Assembly (NCBI GenBank): GCA_016867495.1
Contig: VGJL01000005.1
Location: forward strand, 720-64,719
Source: Candidatus Eiseniibacteriota bacterium
GTDB lineage: Bacteria > Eisenbacteria > RBG-16-71-46 > CAIMUX01 > VGJL01
DNA: 64,000 nt
Direction of reading: 5' to 3'
Of the stretch, positions 32,001 through 40,701 are shown in pieces (the first letter of the stretch is position 1; each line of letters opens with the position of its first letter). The translations under genes were made by a program, and so were the position numbers. Under the pieces are notes generated by a model that had not been told where the DNA came from, ran no database searches, and saw only the letters and a program-made list of their open reading frames with translations.

Positions 32001-34115
32001 GTCGGCGAGACGGATCTCATAGCGATCGGCTCGTCCCGCCGTCCCGTCGTCGCCGGGAGCGGTCCAGCCGAGGAGCAGGAGCCCGGGGGCGGGACCGGCC
32101 GCCGCAAGGTCCAGGATGGCGGCCGGGGGCGTCCGATCGACGGGGGGCGGCGGCGATGTCGCCACGAGGAAGCGCGCCGGAAGGGGAGAGAGATTTCCTG
32201 CTTCGTCCACCGCGCGGATGGCGACGCCATAGGCGGTCCCCGCCGCGAGGCCCGAGAGGCGGAACGACTGACGAGCGCCGGCGACATCGGGAGCCGGCAG
32301 GCCGGACGCGGGCGTCGCTCTCGTCCAGTCGCTCTGCGTCTCGATCATTTCTCCCGCCAGGTGGCGCAGGAGATAGGCAGCGGCCCTTCCCTCCGTCCCA
32401 TCGTCACCCGGGGCGATCCACTCGAGATCGATCCAGTCCTGCGACCCCCCGTATGCCGTCAGTCCCTGGACCTGGCCGGGGGGGACGCGATCGACTTCGG
32501 CGGGCGTCGCGACCTTGGTCAGGTTGGAGAGGACCGGCTCGAGCCGTCCGCGCGTCCGGGTGCGGACGGCGAGGAAGTAGGTCCGGCCGTCGTCGAGTCC
32601 GTCGATCTCCGCCGCGATCGCGGCGCCGGGGCTGGCTGGGATCGGGTTGCCTCGGTACGGAGCCGCAGCGTCCCAGTTCTCGAGGGTGATCGGTTGCGTG
32701 GCATAGCGAAGCTCGAACGAGTCGGCCTCGTTGCGTTCCCCGTCCGGCGCGGTCCAGGTCGCCCGGATGGAGCGGGGGCCGAGCGCTGCGGCGGCGAGAT
32801 CCTCGACCGGCAACCAGAAGGTGAAGCGGCTGTCGCGGGGACCGACGCCTCCGAGCGAGGCGTCGTTGGGATTCACCTCCACCATGCCCCTGGTGAACTG
32901 GCGGACGTAGAGGGTGTCGGCGCCGCCGGGAAGCTCTCGCTGGAAGTCGCCGATCGGCTGGCCGAAGTCGTAGTCGAACTCGCCCGGCCACTCGGGCATC
33001 CGCTGGTCGGCGGTGTAGCAGAAGTAACCCTCCCCCAGCATCGCCGTTCCCAGCCCCCACCGCATCTGCCTCTCGTTCTCCTGAGCAGAGCGGCCGGGCT
33101 CGATCCAGGCTTGTATGAAGGAGCGATCCCATCCGCGTTGATGATCCTCGGCCCCGTTGTCGAAGGAAGCCTCCGTCCACGCGTAGCCGGCCCCCCAGTT
33201 CGACCCCGGCTCCCACGGCGGGGTGAGACCATAGAACTGATCCCACCATGTGAACCAGCTCGGGTTCGAGGGCCGCATCCAGTTCTCGAGCTTCATCCCC
33301 GAGAGACGCGTCGACCACCACGGGCCGATGAACTGGTGGTTCTCGTTCATCAGGAAAGCGAAGCTCTCCGGGAAGCGATCCCGCAGCCGGGAGTAGAAGA
33401 TCTCGTTCTCCTCGCGGAAGAGGAGAGAGAGGGGATCCTGCCATCCGCCGTCCGTGCAGACGCTGTAGACGCCGTCGGGAGCCCCGTCGCGATCGGGGTC
33501 GGCATTGGCGTAGGGCTGCCATCCGTAGGAACCGAGACAGTCGACGAGGGTCTCGAACATGACGCCGTTGTAGGCGGAACGGGAGTCCCACGACCACGGC
33601 TCCCAGTAGCGCCCGGAGAGGGCGATCGCCGGCAGGGCGACCGAGGCGATCCACTCGGCGGCCCGGAGTCCCCTGGAGCTTCCGTAGACCCCGGGCGGGC
33701 AGTGGCGGGTCCAGTTCACGACCCGGTGCGGGCCGGATTCGATGGGCCGCCCGGCGGTATCCCGCAGGTACCAGTCGTTCTTCTCGGCGTAGAACTGGAA
33801 GAGACGGCTGACGCTCCAGAGCGTGTCGGCGATCCACCAGGGATTCTCGCCGGCCGGAAGCGTGACGAACTGAGGCGAGAAGGTCCACAGAAACCGGAGG
33901 CCGGGGTTTTTCTGGCGGAGGGAGGAGAGGACTTCCGGGCGGTCGGCGCAGACGAGGACGTCGTACCAGGACAGCGTGTCTCGCGTCGCCTCCGGAAGGA
34001 GGCCTATGGCCCAGGAGTAGGCCAGGACCTTGGGATAGTTTTCGACGCGCCGCGTGCCCCCGGCCGGGAGGGCGAGGAGCAACGCGAACAACGCTGGCAG
34101 GATCCCGTGCTTCAC
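29088..34115 (-). CDS. Large secreted protein: putative glycoside hydrolase (GHL15-like) domain, ten fibronectin type III repeats, FlgD-Ig/T9SS-like tail
   Basis: GTG 34115 gives a signal peptide (KHGILPALFALLLALPAGG); repeats PP..I.DL...L.WTAPGDDG..G.A..Y...Y..A.RAVDEAGN; DFGQPIG...YVRQFTRGMVEVNP; tail PYPHP...VYDLHGTEVRTL...APGFY. Confidence 0.75.
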   Translation of the reverse strand: MKHGILPALFALLLALPAGGTRRVENYPKVLAYSWAIGLLPEATRDTLSWYDVLVCADRPEVLSSLRQKNPGLRFLWTFSPQFVTLPAGENPWWIADTLWSVSRLFQFYAEKNDWYLRDTAGRPIESGPHRVVNWTRHCPPGVYGSSRGLRAAEWIASVALPAIALSGRYWEPWSWDSRSAYNGVMFETLVDCLGSYGWQPYANADPDRDGAPDGVYSVCTDGGWQDPLSLLFREENEIFYSRLRDRFPESFAFLMNENHQFIGPWWSTRLSGMKLENWMRPSNPSWFTWWDQFYGLTPPWEPGSNWGAGYAWTEASFDNGAEDHQRGWDRSFIQAWIEPGRSAQENERQMRWGLGTAMLGEGYFCYTADQRMPEWPGEFDYDFGQPIGDFQRELPGGADTLYVRQFTRGMVEVNPNDASLGGVGPRDSRFTFWLPVEDLAAAALGPRSIRATWTAPDGERNEADSFELRYATQPITLENWDAAAPYRGNPIPASPGAAIAAEIDGLDDGRTYFLAVRTRTRGRLEPVLSNLTKVATPAEVDRVPPGQVQGLTAYGGSQDWIDLEWIAPGDDGTEGRAAAYLLRHLAGEMIETQSDWTRATPASGLPAPDVAGARQSFRLSGLAAGTAYGVAIRAVDEAGNLSPLPARFLVATSPPPPVDRTPPAAILDLAAAGPAPGLLLLGWTAPGDDGTAGRADRYEIRLADGREILTEADWLEATEVGDPPAPADPGAAQACSLASLLPGMQYGVALRAYDEAGNLGALSNPVLARAGPSAPPPEIDTTPPGVLSALLAASVSDTHAVLQWTATGDDGSAGRAARYEARILEGEAIESEEAWARAGVPDRLRFPAPDSSGALQQGEIGALRPASEYGIALRAVDEAGNIGPLGAALLLQTAFTERPDTIPPDPILDARAARVDSASVTLLWTVPSDRGKRAAIVRYHLRIASTSLADERIWEEGEAYAPLPYPAESGTADSVAVARLAPSTSYAFVLRCEDEAGNLSLPSNIVRATTSTPALPPSPPAAISDFVLVASWSDSARLAWTAPGDEGESGRASRYEVRLRTDAPIETEDDWLLAEVVEQPPPPVPAPPGTREEWTLRGLQEARGYALAVRAVDDSAQMGGLSNPLRWTTPPSASVTAFPILDLTSPAQGEDWCDLRWSAPETDPPGGAIRGYRLGILAGAQVIATEADWSHAEIRTEGLPDPASPGSEATARIGALRPSSIYSMAVRSEIAPAALSPIGSGILVTTAPAEEGDPEGLDPPPAPIADLAASRVGPDWVDLVWTAVGEDSLDGIAEAYVLGRRIEAPLLSHEDWNAAAVSTEGLPRPALPGRQQAHRVTGLAAGREHAIALRAVDAAGRISPLSTGIRVRTFPHTPVPPAAAESLRVFVLGQGRARIDWLHEPADGDTLPPASCLLAVAVAPITAESWPALAKIAVTPRAGSDRQEAEVSGLLAGTEYWIAVRVRSAEGLFSALSDPISFTTSGGDLSPPDPPDGLRIEQGETNGMVRLSWRPSPAPDLAGYWIYGQLPEENWGRLIDSPLPPETTTALVPEGCAAYALSAIDLAGNEGSLSSPVAPPARASLVVRGPYPHPVEDRCRLEIETPSGDAAARLLIRVYDLHGTEVRTLFDDAAAGSAALSVPWDRRDDDGRTVAPGFYVIVTSLGERKSHKRIFVSP

Positions 34116-34128
34116 GCGAAGAATCGGT

Positions 34129-34144
34129 TGCAGGAACTGTTCCG
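34129..34144 (-). promoter_or_regulatory. Possible sigma54 (-24/-12) promoter for the FN3 protein
   Basis: Minus strand CGGAACAGTTCCTGCA = GG-N10-GC; CTGCAC repeats at 34203 and 34223 lie upstream on that strand. Confidence 0.25.
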
Positions 34145-34278
34145 CCTCGGATGCGCTCTGGCGCGGGCCTCGGACCTCGCCCGGAGCGCCGCGCGATGCA
34201 AACTGCACGGCCGACCCGAATTCTGCACAAACCGGCCCGGACACGGGGTCCGGCCCCCCGTTTCGTCACTGGGGGGCC

Positions 34279-34289
34279 TGTGCTATTCT
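34279..34289 (+). promoter_or_regulatory. Candidate extended -10 element upstream of the tal operon
   Basis: TGTGCTATTCT; the same CTGTGCTAT core precedes purC; AAGGAG SD before ATG 34316. Confidence 0.4.
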
Positions 34290-34315
34290 GCCTGCTCCAA
34301 GGGGAAGGAGATCCA

Positions 34316-34981
34316 ATGAAGATCTTTCTCGACACCGCGAATCTGGATCAGATTCGAACCTCGGCGCGCTTGGGCGTCGTCGACGGCGTGACGACCAACC
34401 CGTCGCTCCTCGCCAGGGAGGCGGGAGACTGGCAGAAGACGCTCGCCGAGATCTGCGCGGCGGTCGACGGACCTGTGAGCGCAGAGGTGATCGCCGAGGA
34501 CTTCGATGGGATGATCCGCGAGGCGCACCATCTGACGACGATCGCCCCGAATGTCGTGGTCAAGGTCCCGATGACGCGCGAGGGCGTTCGCGCCATCCAT
34601 GCGCTGGCCGAAGAGCGAATCAAGACGAACGCGACGCTGGTTTTCAGCCCCGCGCAGGCCCTCCTTGTCGCGAAAGCCGGCGCGACCTTCGTAAGCCCGT
34701 TCGTGGGAAGAATGGACGACATCTCTCAGGAGGGGCTCGATGTCGTCAGGCAGATCGTGGAGATCTATGAGGTGCACGACTTCGAGACGGAGGTGCTCGC
34801 CGCCAGCATTCGCCACCCGATGCATGTGGTCGAGGCCGCGCTGGCCGGAGCGCACGTCGCGACGATGCCCGTAGCCGTCTTCGACGCGCTCTTCCGGCAT
34901 CCCCTCACCGATCGCGGGATCCAGCTCTTCCTCGATGACTGGCGGAAGGCGCAGGAAAGGCTGAAGGCCGATCGGCGATGA
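34316..34981 (+). CDS. tal: Transaldolase (small FSA/TalC family)
   Basis: FLDTA, GVTTNPS, VSAEV, VVKVP, SPFVGR; the Glu/Phe pair indicates transaldolase rather than F6P aldolase. Confidence 0.9.
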   Translation: MKIFLDTANLDQIRTSARLGVVDGVTTNPSLLAREAGDWQKTLAEICAAVDGPVSAEVIAEDFDGMIREAHHLTTIAPNVVVKVPMTREGVRAIHALAEERIKTNATLVFSPAQALLVAKAGATFVSPFVGRMDDISQEGLDVVRQIVEIYEVHDFETEVLAASIRHPMHVVEAALAGAHVATMPVAVFDALFRHPLTDRGIQLFLDDWRKAQERLKADRR

Positions 34982-36261
34982 GAGATCCGTCTGATACGGG
35001 TGGATCGACGCGGCTTCGCTCCTTCCTTCCCTTCCTTCTCTTCGCCGGCGGCATCCTGGCCGGGGGCCTCCTGTGGACCCTCTGGCACGGCAGGTCGCCG
35101 ACCCCTCCCCCGGGAGGCAATGGGACTGAGACCGGCGTGGTCGCCGACTCCGTGCGGGAAGCTGCAGAGAACGACTCCGGCGCGATTACGCCTCCCGGCA
35201 GAGGACCCTCCGGCGCCGCCGGCATCGGCGAGCAGCGGAGCAACGCGATTGTCGCCGCCGCCGGGGCGGTGGGTCCGGGGGTCGTCTCGATCAGCGTCGT
35301 TCAAACGCGCTATGTCCGCGGCCGGGCCGCGAGCGATCCGTTCGGCTTCTTCTTCGACCGCTACCTCCCGGGACCCATCTACCGCGAGCGGGTCCCCGGT
35401 CTCGGGAGCGGATTCATCATCGACCGCAACGGCATCGTTCTGACCAACGAGCATGTCGTCCGCGAGGCGGAACAGATCAAGGTGACCCTCACCGATGGAC
35501 GGACGTTCGACGCCAGGGTCATCGGATCGGATCCGAACTACGACCTGGCCGTCCTGCGCATCAGCGGCGAGTCGCTGCCTGTATGTCCGTTGGGAGACTC
35601 GGACGAGATCGTCGTTGGCGAGTGGGCGATCGCGATTGGAAACCCGTTCGGCTTCCTTCTGAACGACTATCAGCCGACCGTCACGGCGGGCGTCATCAGC
35701 GCCAAGAACCGCGATATCGCTCCCTCGTCGGGGACCGAGGGGATCTACAAGAACATGATCCAGACCGACGCCGCGATCAATCCGGGCAACTCCGGCGGCC
35801 CTCTCGTCAACGGCGAGGGGAAGGTGATCGGGATCAACACCTTCATCTTCACCGAGTCGGGCGGCTCCCTCGGGATCGGCTTCGCAATCCCCATCAATGT
35901 CGCCGAGCGGGTCGTCCGGGAGATCCTGCAGTACGGAGAGGTCAGACGCATCTGGATCGGACTGACAGTCATGGAGGTGACGCCCTACCTCGCCGCCTAC
36001 TTCAATCTCCGGGAAGGGCATGGACTGTTCGTCAGGGAGATCGAGAACGACAGCCCGGCCGATCGGGCGGGCATCGTCGTCGGCGACCTGATCCTCGCCG
36101 TGAACGGGGAGAGCGTCTCGCGGCTGAGCCAGGCCCAGAGGCTGATCTTCGGAGCCGCGGTCGGCGACCGGATCACCCTGAGCGTGGAGCGGGCGGGGAG
36201 CAGGCGGGATGTGCAGATACGGCTCGAGGCGGTTCCGAGCAGAGGAGCCAGGCCGGGATGA
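34978..36261 (+). CDS. HtrA/DegP-family serine protease, membrane anchored, one PDZ domain
   Basis: GSGFII, LTNEHV, DLAVL, IQTDAAINPGNSGG; C-terminal PDZ SPADRAGI..GDLI. Confidence 0.93.
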   Translation: MRDPSDTGGSTRLRSFLPFLLFAGGILAGGLLWTLWHGRSPTPPPGGNGTETGVVADSVREAAENDSGAITPPGRGPSGAAGIGEQRSNAIVAAAGAVGPGVVSISVVQTRYVRGRAASDPFGFFFDRYLPGPIYRERVPGLGSGFIIDRNGIVLTNEHVVREAEQIKVTLTDGRTFDARVIGSDPNYDLAVLRISGESLPVCPLGDSDEIVVGEWAIAIGNPFGFLLNDYQPTVTAGVISAKNRDIAPSSGTEGIYKNMIQTDAAINPGNSGGPLVNGEGKVIGINTFIFTESGGSLGIGFAIPINVAERVVREILQYGEVRRIWIGLTVMEVTPYLAAYFNLREGHGLFVREIENDSPADRAGIVVGDLILAVNGESVSRLSQAQRLIFGAAVGDRITLSVERAGSRRDVQIRLEAVPSRGARPG

Positions 36262-37568
36262 TCGCCCGCTACACACGCCCCGAGATGGGGGCTCTCTTCT
36301 CTGACGAGCATCGCTTCGCCACATGGTTGCGCGTCGAGATCGCGCAGCTCGAGATCCTCGAGGAGATGCGGATGGCCCCGGCGGGGACGGCCGCCGCGGT
36401 TCGCGAAAAGGCGCAAGCGCGGCCATCGCGGATCCTGGAGCTCGAGGAGACGCTGCACCACGACGTCATCGCCTTCCTGACCAGCGTGGGCGAGGAGCTG
36501 GGCCCCGAGAAGAAGTGGCTCCACTACGGAATGACCTCCTCGGATCTCGTCGACACGGCCCAGGCGCTGGTGCTGGATGAGGCGGTGGGGAAGCTGCTGG
36601 CGGCCTGGGAGGGGCTGGGGAGCATTCTGCGGGATCTGGCGACACGCCACCGCCGGCTCCCCATGGTCGGACGAACCCACGGCGTCCACGCGGAGCCGAT
36701 CACATTCGGATTCAAGCTGCTCGGCTGGTTCGCCGAGGCCGAGAGGCAGGCGCGACGCCTGGAGGAGGCTCGTGAGGGGATAGGCTTCGGCAAGCTCTCG
36801 GGGGCGGTGGGTACGGCGGCCCATCTGCCGCCCGATCTGGAGAAGGCCGTGCTCCTGCGGTTGGGGCTCAAGGCGGAGCCTGTGGCGACGCAGGTCGTCC
36901 CACGCGATCGTCACGCCCACCTGCTCTCCGTCCTCGCGGGGATGGGTGGAAGCTGCGAACGCTGGGCGCTGGAAGTCCGACATCTCCAGAGGACGGAGGT
37001 TCGAGAGCTGGAAGAGCCCTTCGGCAAAGGGCAGAAGGGCTCCTCTGCGATGCCGCACAAGCGCAATCCGATCCTCTGTGAGAGGATCGCGGGTCTTGCG
37101 CGCCTGTTGCGGGGCTACGCGCTGGTGGGGCTCGAGAACGTGCCCCTCTGGCACGAGCGCGACATCAGCCACTCCTCCGCGGAACGGGTTGTCTTCGCGG
37201 ACTCATGCACTGTCCTGGACTACATGATCGACCGGATGAGGTTCGTTCTCGCGAACCTCGGTGTGCGGCCTGACGCGATGCGACGCAACCTGGAGGCGAC
37301 GGGCGGCCTCATCTTCTCCCAGAAGGTTCTCCTCGCCCTCACCGAAGCCTGGGGGGACAGGGAGCGCGCCTATCGCCGCGTGCAGGAACACGCGATGGCC
37401 GCTTGGGAGGAAGGCGACTCGTTCCGCGAGAGGCTCCTCGCCGACGGGGAAGTCCTCGCGGTCCTTGGGGCCGGCGGCATGGAGCGCCTCTTCGACGTTG
37501 AGTCCTTCTACGCTCACCTCGATCCGATCTTCGACCGCGTCCTGTCATCGGCATGGGGTCGCGGATGA
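36258..37568 (+). CDS. purB: Adenylosuccinate lyase
   Basis: MIARYTRPEM, HDVIAF, GRTHGVHAEP, SSAMPHKRNP, ERDISHSS. Confidence 0.97.
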   Translation: MIARYTRPEMGALFSDEHRFATWLRVEIAQLEILEEMRMAPAGTAAAVREKAQARPSRILELEETLHHDVIAFLTSVGEELGPEKKWLHYGMTSSDLVDTAQALVLDEAVGKLLAAWEGLGSILRDLATRHRRLPMVGRTHGVHAEPITFGFKLLGWFAEAERQARRLEEAREGIGFGKLSGAVGTAAHLPPDLEKAVLLRLGLKAEPVATQVVPRDRHAHLLSVLAGMGGSCERWALEVRHLQRTEVRELEEPFGKGQKGSSAMPHKRNPILCERIAGLARLLRGYALVGLENVPLWHERDISHSSAERVVFADSCTVLDYMIDRMRFVLANLGVRPDAMRRNLEATGGLIFSQKVLLALTEAWGDRERAYRRVQEHAMAAWEEGDSFRERLLADGEVLAVLGAGGMERLFDVESFYAHLDPIFDRVLSSAWGRG

Positions 37569-39913
37569 CGGACCGGCTGCGCCTGCTCGAGGCGACAGAG
37601 TCTGAGGCGACCGAACAGCTGCTCCGGGCGGGGATCCGGGCAGGCCTCGACGAGCTGCGGGCCGTCGCCCGGAAGCTGGGCCGCGACCTCACGCCCGCCG
37701 AGGCCTTCTTCATCGATGTCGCCTACAGCGAGCACTGCTCCTACAAGAGCAGCCGGCGGTTCCTGCGCGAGCTCCTCCCTCCGCTGCCGCCCCACGTCCT
37801 TCTGGGGCCCGGGGAGGACGCCGGGGTCGTCGACCTCGGAGTCTGGAACGGGAGGCGCTACGCGCTCGTCGTGGCCCACGAGAGCCACAACCATCCCTCG
37901 CAGCTCCTGCCGGTGGAGGGGGCCGCGACAGGAATCGGAGGGATCGTCAGGGACGTCTACTGCATGGGCGCGGACGTGATCGGCGTGCTCGACGGGTTGC
38001 GCTTCGGCGATCTGGACGGGCCGCGCGGCGAGATCGCGCGGGGCGTCGCGCGGGGCGTCGTTCGCGGGATCTGGGAGTACGGCGACGCCCTGGGAGTTCC
38101 GAACCTGGGTGGCGATGTCGACTTCGATCCATGCTATGACGACAACTGCCTCGTCAACGTCGTCGCCGTCGGGATCGCCCCCGCCGATCGGATCATCCGC
38201 AGCCGGGTCCCGGAGGAGGCGGGGAGGGAGCCGTACGAGATCGTCCTGGTCGGGAAACCGACCGATCGCTCCGGGCTGGGAGGCGCCTCCTTCGCGTCGC
38301 AGATCCTCGACAGCGAAGCGGCCGAGCGGAATCTCGGGGCGGTCCAGATCCACGATCCCTTCCTGAAGCGCGTACTGGTCGAGGCGACGCGGGCAGTCTG
38401 CGACCTCCTCGCGGAGCGCGGATGCTCCGCCGGCTTCAAGGACCTCGGGGCCGGCGGCTTCGGTGGGGCCTCCTCGGAGCTGGCCGTCGCCGGGGGATTC
38501 GGCCTCGAGATCGACCTGACGCGAATCCCGGCCGCCGACCCGTCGATCCCCCCGGAACACCTGCTCGTAGGCGAGACCCAGGAGCGCTTCGTCTGGGCCC
38601 TCCCGTCGCGAGTGGTCCCGGAGGTGCTGGCCCTCTACAACGACGCGTTCGATCTTCCGGGCGTCTATCCGGGGGCCTGCGCCGCGTTGCTGGGACGCGT
38701 GAGCGCGGAGAAACGCTACAAGGTCTACTGGAAGGGCGATCTCATCGTCGATCTCCCCTTCGATGTCGTGCGCGACACCCCGGTGTTGACCCGGCCGACC
38801 CGGCCGCGCGTGGTGGAGGAGAGGGGCGACGCGTTGCGGCCTCCTGGCGACTGGGCTTCCTTCGTCGCAGCCCTGCTGCGGCATCCCTCGCTCTGCAGCA
38901 GGCAGCACATCTACCGGCACTACGATGCGGAGGTGAGGGGCGAGGCGCTGTTGCGCCCGGGAGAGGCGGACGCGGGCGTCTGTCGGCCGATCCCTGAATG
39001 CAGGCTCGGCGTGGCCGTCAGCATGGACGGCAAGGCGCGGGCGTGCGACCTCGATCCCTACCACGGGGCCGCGGCCACGGTCCTCGAGGCCGTGCGCAAT
39101 GTGGTGGCGGTGGGGGCGCGGCCTCGCGCCCTGACGGACTGCATGAACTTCGGTTCGCCGGAGGATCCCGAGTGCCTCTGGGAGTTCGAGCAGGCCCTGC
39201 GCGGCATGCGCGACGCCTGCGTCGCCCTCGGCCTGCCGGAAGACCGCTCGCTGGCGCTGCCGGTCGTCTCCGGCAACGTATCGTTCTACAACCAGTCGGC
39301 CGCGGGGAGGAGGATCAAGCCGACGCCGATCATCGCCTGTTTCGGGGCGCTCGAAGACTGGCGGAGATCGTTGCGGCCTCAGATGACCCGCGCGGGGCGT
39401 CTCGTTCATCTAGTTGCGGATCTGCAGCCGGCCTACGGCGGCTCTCCAGCCCTCGACCTGTTGGGCGGCGCCGGTGTCGCGCCGAGGCACGACATGAGGC
39501 AGGAAGGGGCGCGGGCGTGGGCGGTCCTCGCCGCCATCGAGCGGGGCCTCGTGACCGCCTGCCACGACTTCGCCGAAGGCGGGCTTCTTGTAGGGGCGAT
39601 CGAGACTCTCTTCGTCGAGGAAGGGCCCACGGGCCGAGGACTCGATCTCGACCTGACGAGGCTCGCTCTCGGCGCGGAGGAAGCGCTCCTCTCCGAGAGC
39701 GGCGGATTCCTGCTGGAGATCGACCCGGAGCGGGAAGCGGAGTATCGCCGGGTCATGGCGGCGGCGCAGGTCGAGACGCTGCGAGTGGGAGAGGTGATCG
39801 CCGCGCCGCGGTTTAGGGCAAGGGAGAGAGGCCGCGAGCTCTTCGACCTCGAAGTCCGTCTCCTCTGGGAAGGGTGGGCGGGAAGGCTGGGGCCATGGAT
39901 CGAGGGAATGTAG
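37565..39913 (+). CDS. purL: FGAM synthase subunit PurL (small type)
   Basis: SEHCSYKSS, ESHNHPS, GAATGIGGIVRD, DLGAGG, ETQER, SGNVSFYN. Confidence 0.95.
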   Translation: MTDRLRLLEATESEATEQLLRAGIRAGLDELRAVARKLGRDLTPAEAFFIDVAYSEHCSYKSSRRFLRELLPPLPPHVLLGPGEDAGVVDLGVWNGRRYALVVAHESHNHPSQLLPVEGAATGIGGIVRDVYCMGADVIGVLDGLRFGDLDGPRGEIARGVARGVVRGIWEYGDALGVPNLGGDVDFDPCYDDNCLVNVVAVGIAPADRIIRSRVPEEAGREPYEIVLVGKPTDRSGLGGASFASQILDSEAAERNLGAVQIHDPFLKRVLVEATRAVCDLLAERGCSAGFKDLGAGGFGGASSELAVAGGFGLEIDLTRIPAADPSIPPEHLLVGETQERFVWALPSRVVPEVLALYNDAFDLPGVYPGACAALLGRVSAEKRYKVYWKGDLIVDLPFDVVRDTPVLTRPTRPRVVEERGDALRPPGDWASFVAALLRHPSLCSRQHIYRHYDAEVRGEALLRPGEADAGVCRPIPECRLGVAVSMDGKARACDLDPYHGAAATVLEAVRNVVAVGARPRALTDCMNFGSPEDPECLWEFEQALRGMRDACVALGLPEDRSLALPVVSGNVSFYNQSAAGRRIKPTPIIACFGALEDWRRSLRPQMTRAGRLVHLVADLQPAYGGSPALDLLGGAGVAPRHDMRQEGARAWAVLAAIERGLVTACHDFAEGGLLVGAIETLFVEEGPTGRGLDLDLTRLALGAEEALLSESGGFLLEIDPEREAEYRRVMAAAQVETLRVGEVIAAPRFRARERGRELFDLEVRLLWEGWAGRLGPWIEGM

Positions 39914-40698
39914 ATCTCAGGAGGGCGGTCGCGGTCCTGCAGTTGCCGGGAAGCAACTGCGAGAGGGAAACGCTGCGCGCCGTGGTGTTGGCCGGCGGCC
40001 GGGGGGAGATCGTACGCTGGAACGAGCCCGCATCGCGTCTGGGCGCGTTCGGCGCCTATGTCATTCCCGGAGGGTTCTCGTTCCAGGACAGGATACGGGC
40101 CGGCGCCGTGGCCGCCCGGCTGCCCGTTCTCGACTGCGTGGCGGCGCGGGCCCGCGAGGGGGCCCCGGTCCTAGGAATCTGCAACGGGGCGCAGATTCTC
40201 GTCGAAGCGGGTCTGGTCCCGGGCATCGAACCGGGGCGCTTGGAAGTCGTCCTCGCCCCCAACCGGATGCCGGGGAGGGATGGCTACTACACGCGCTGGA
40301 GTCTTCTGGGGCCGGCGGAGGCCAGCGAGCGATGCCTCTTCACGCGCGGCATGGGCGATGCCACGCTTGCCGTGCCGATGGCGCACGGGGAGGGGCGCTT
40401 CACGACTCGCGACGCCGGGATCGCTCGCGTGATCGGCCGGTATGTGGCGTTGACCTACAGGACGCCCGAGGGATCTCGAGCGAAGGAGTTCCCCTGGAAT
40501 CCGAACGGGAGCATGGCTGAAGCGGCCGGGCTGACCAACGCGCGCGGGAATGTCCTGGCCTTGATGCCCCATCCGGAGCGCGCGGTCCTGCGCGCGCAGA
40601 TCCCCCCCTGGATCGATCCTGAAGCGATGTCCGACCCTGAATCGCCCGGGCCCGGGATGAGGCTCTTTCGAGCCCTCGTGGCCGCGCTGGGAGCCTGA
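39895..40698 (+). CDS. purQ: FGAM synthase glutaminase subunit PurQ
   Basis: PGSNCE, PGGFS, GICNG, HGEG, MPHPER; start approximate. Confidence 0.94.
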   Translation: MDRGNVDLRRAVAVLQLPGSNCERETLRAVVLAGGRGEIVRWNEPASRLGAFGAYVIPGGFSFQDRIRAGAVAARLPVLDCVAARAREGAPVLGICNGAQILVEAGLVPGIEPGRLEVVLAPNRMPGRDGYYTRWSLLGPAEASERCLFTRGMGDATLAVPMAHGEGRFTTRDAGIARVIGRYVALTYRTPEGSRAKEFPWNPNGSMAEAAGLTNARGNVLALMPHPERAVLRAQIPPWIDPEAMSDPESPGPGMRLFRALVAALGA

Positions 40699-40701
40699 TC
40701 G

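Noticed and set aside
29390-32810. FN3 repeat region as a DNA repeat array or CRISPR
   Set aside because: The repeats are about 330 nt, diverged at DNA level and conserved only as protein; there is no repeat-spacer pattern and no cas genes.
34116-34244. N-terminal extensions in the ORF track (FN3 protein, purH, topA, argF, purB, lpxB and others)
   Set aside because: Downstream starts with SD sequences, stop-start overlaps or signal peptides match the family N-termini better.
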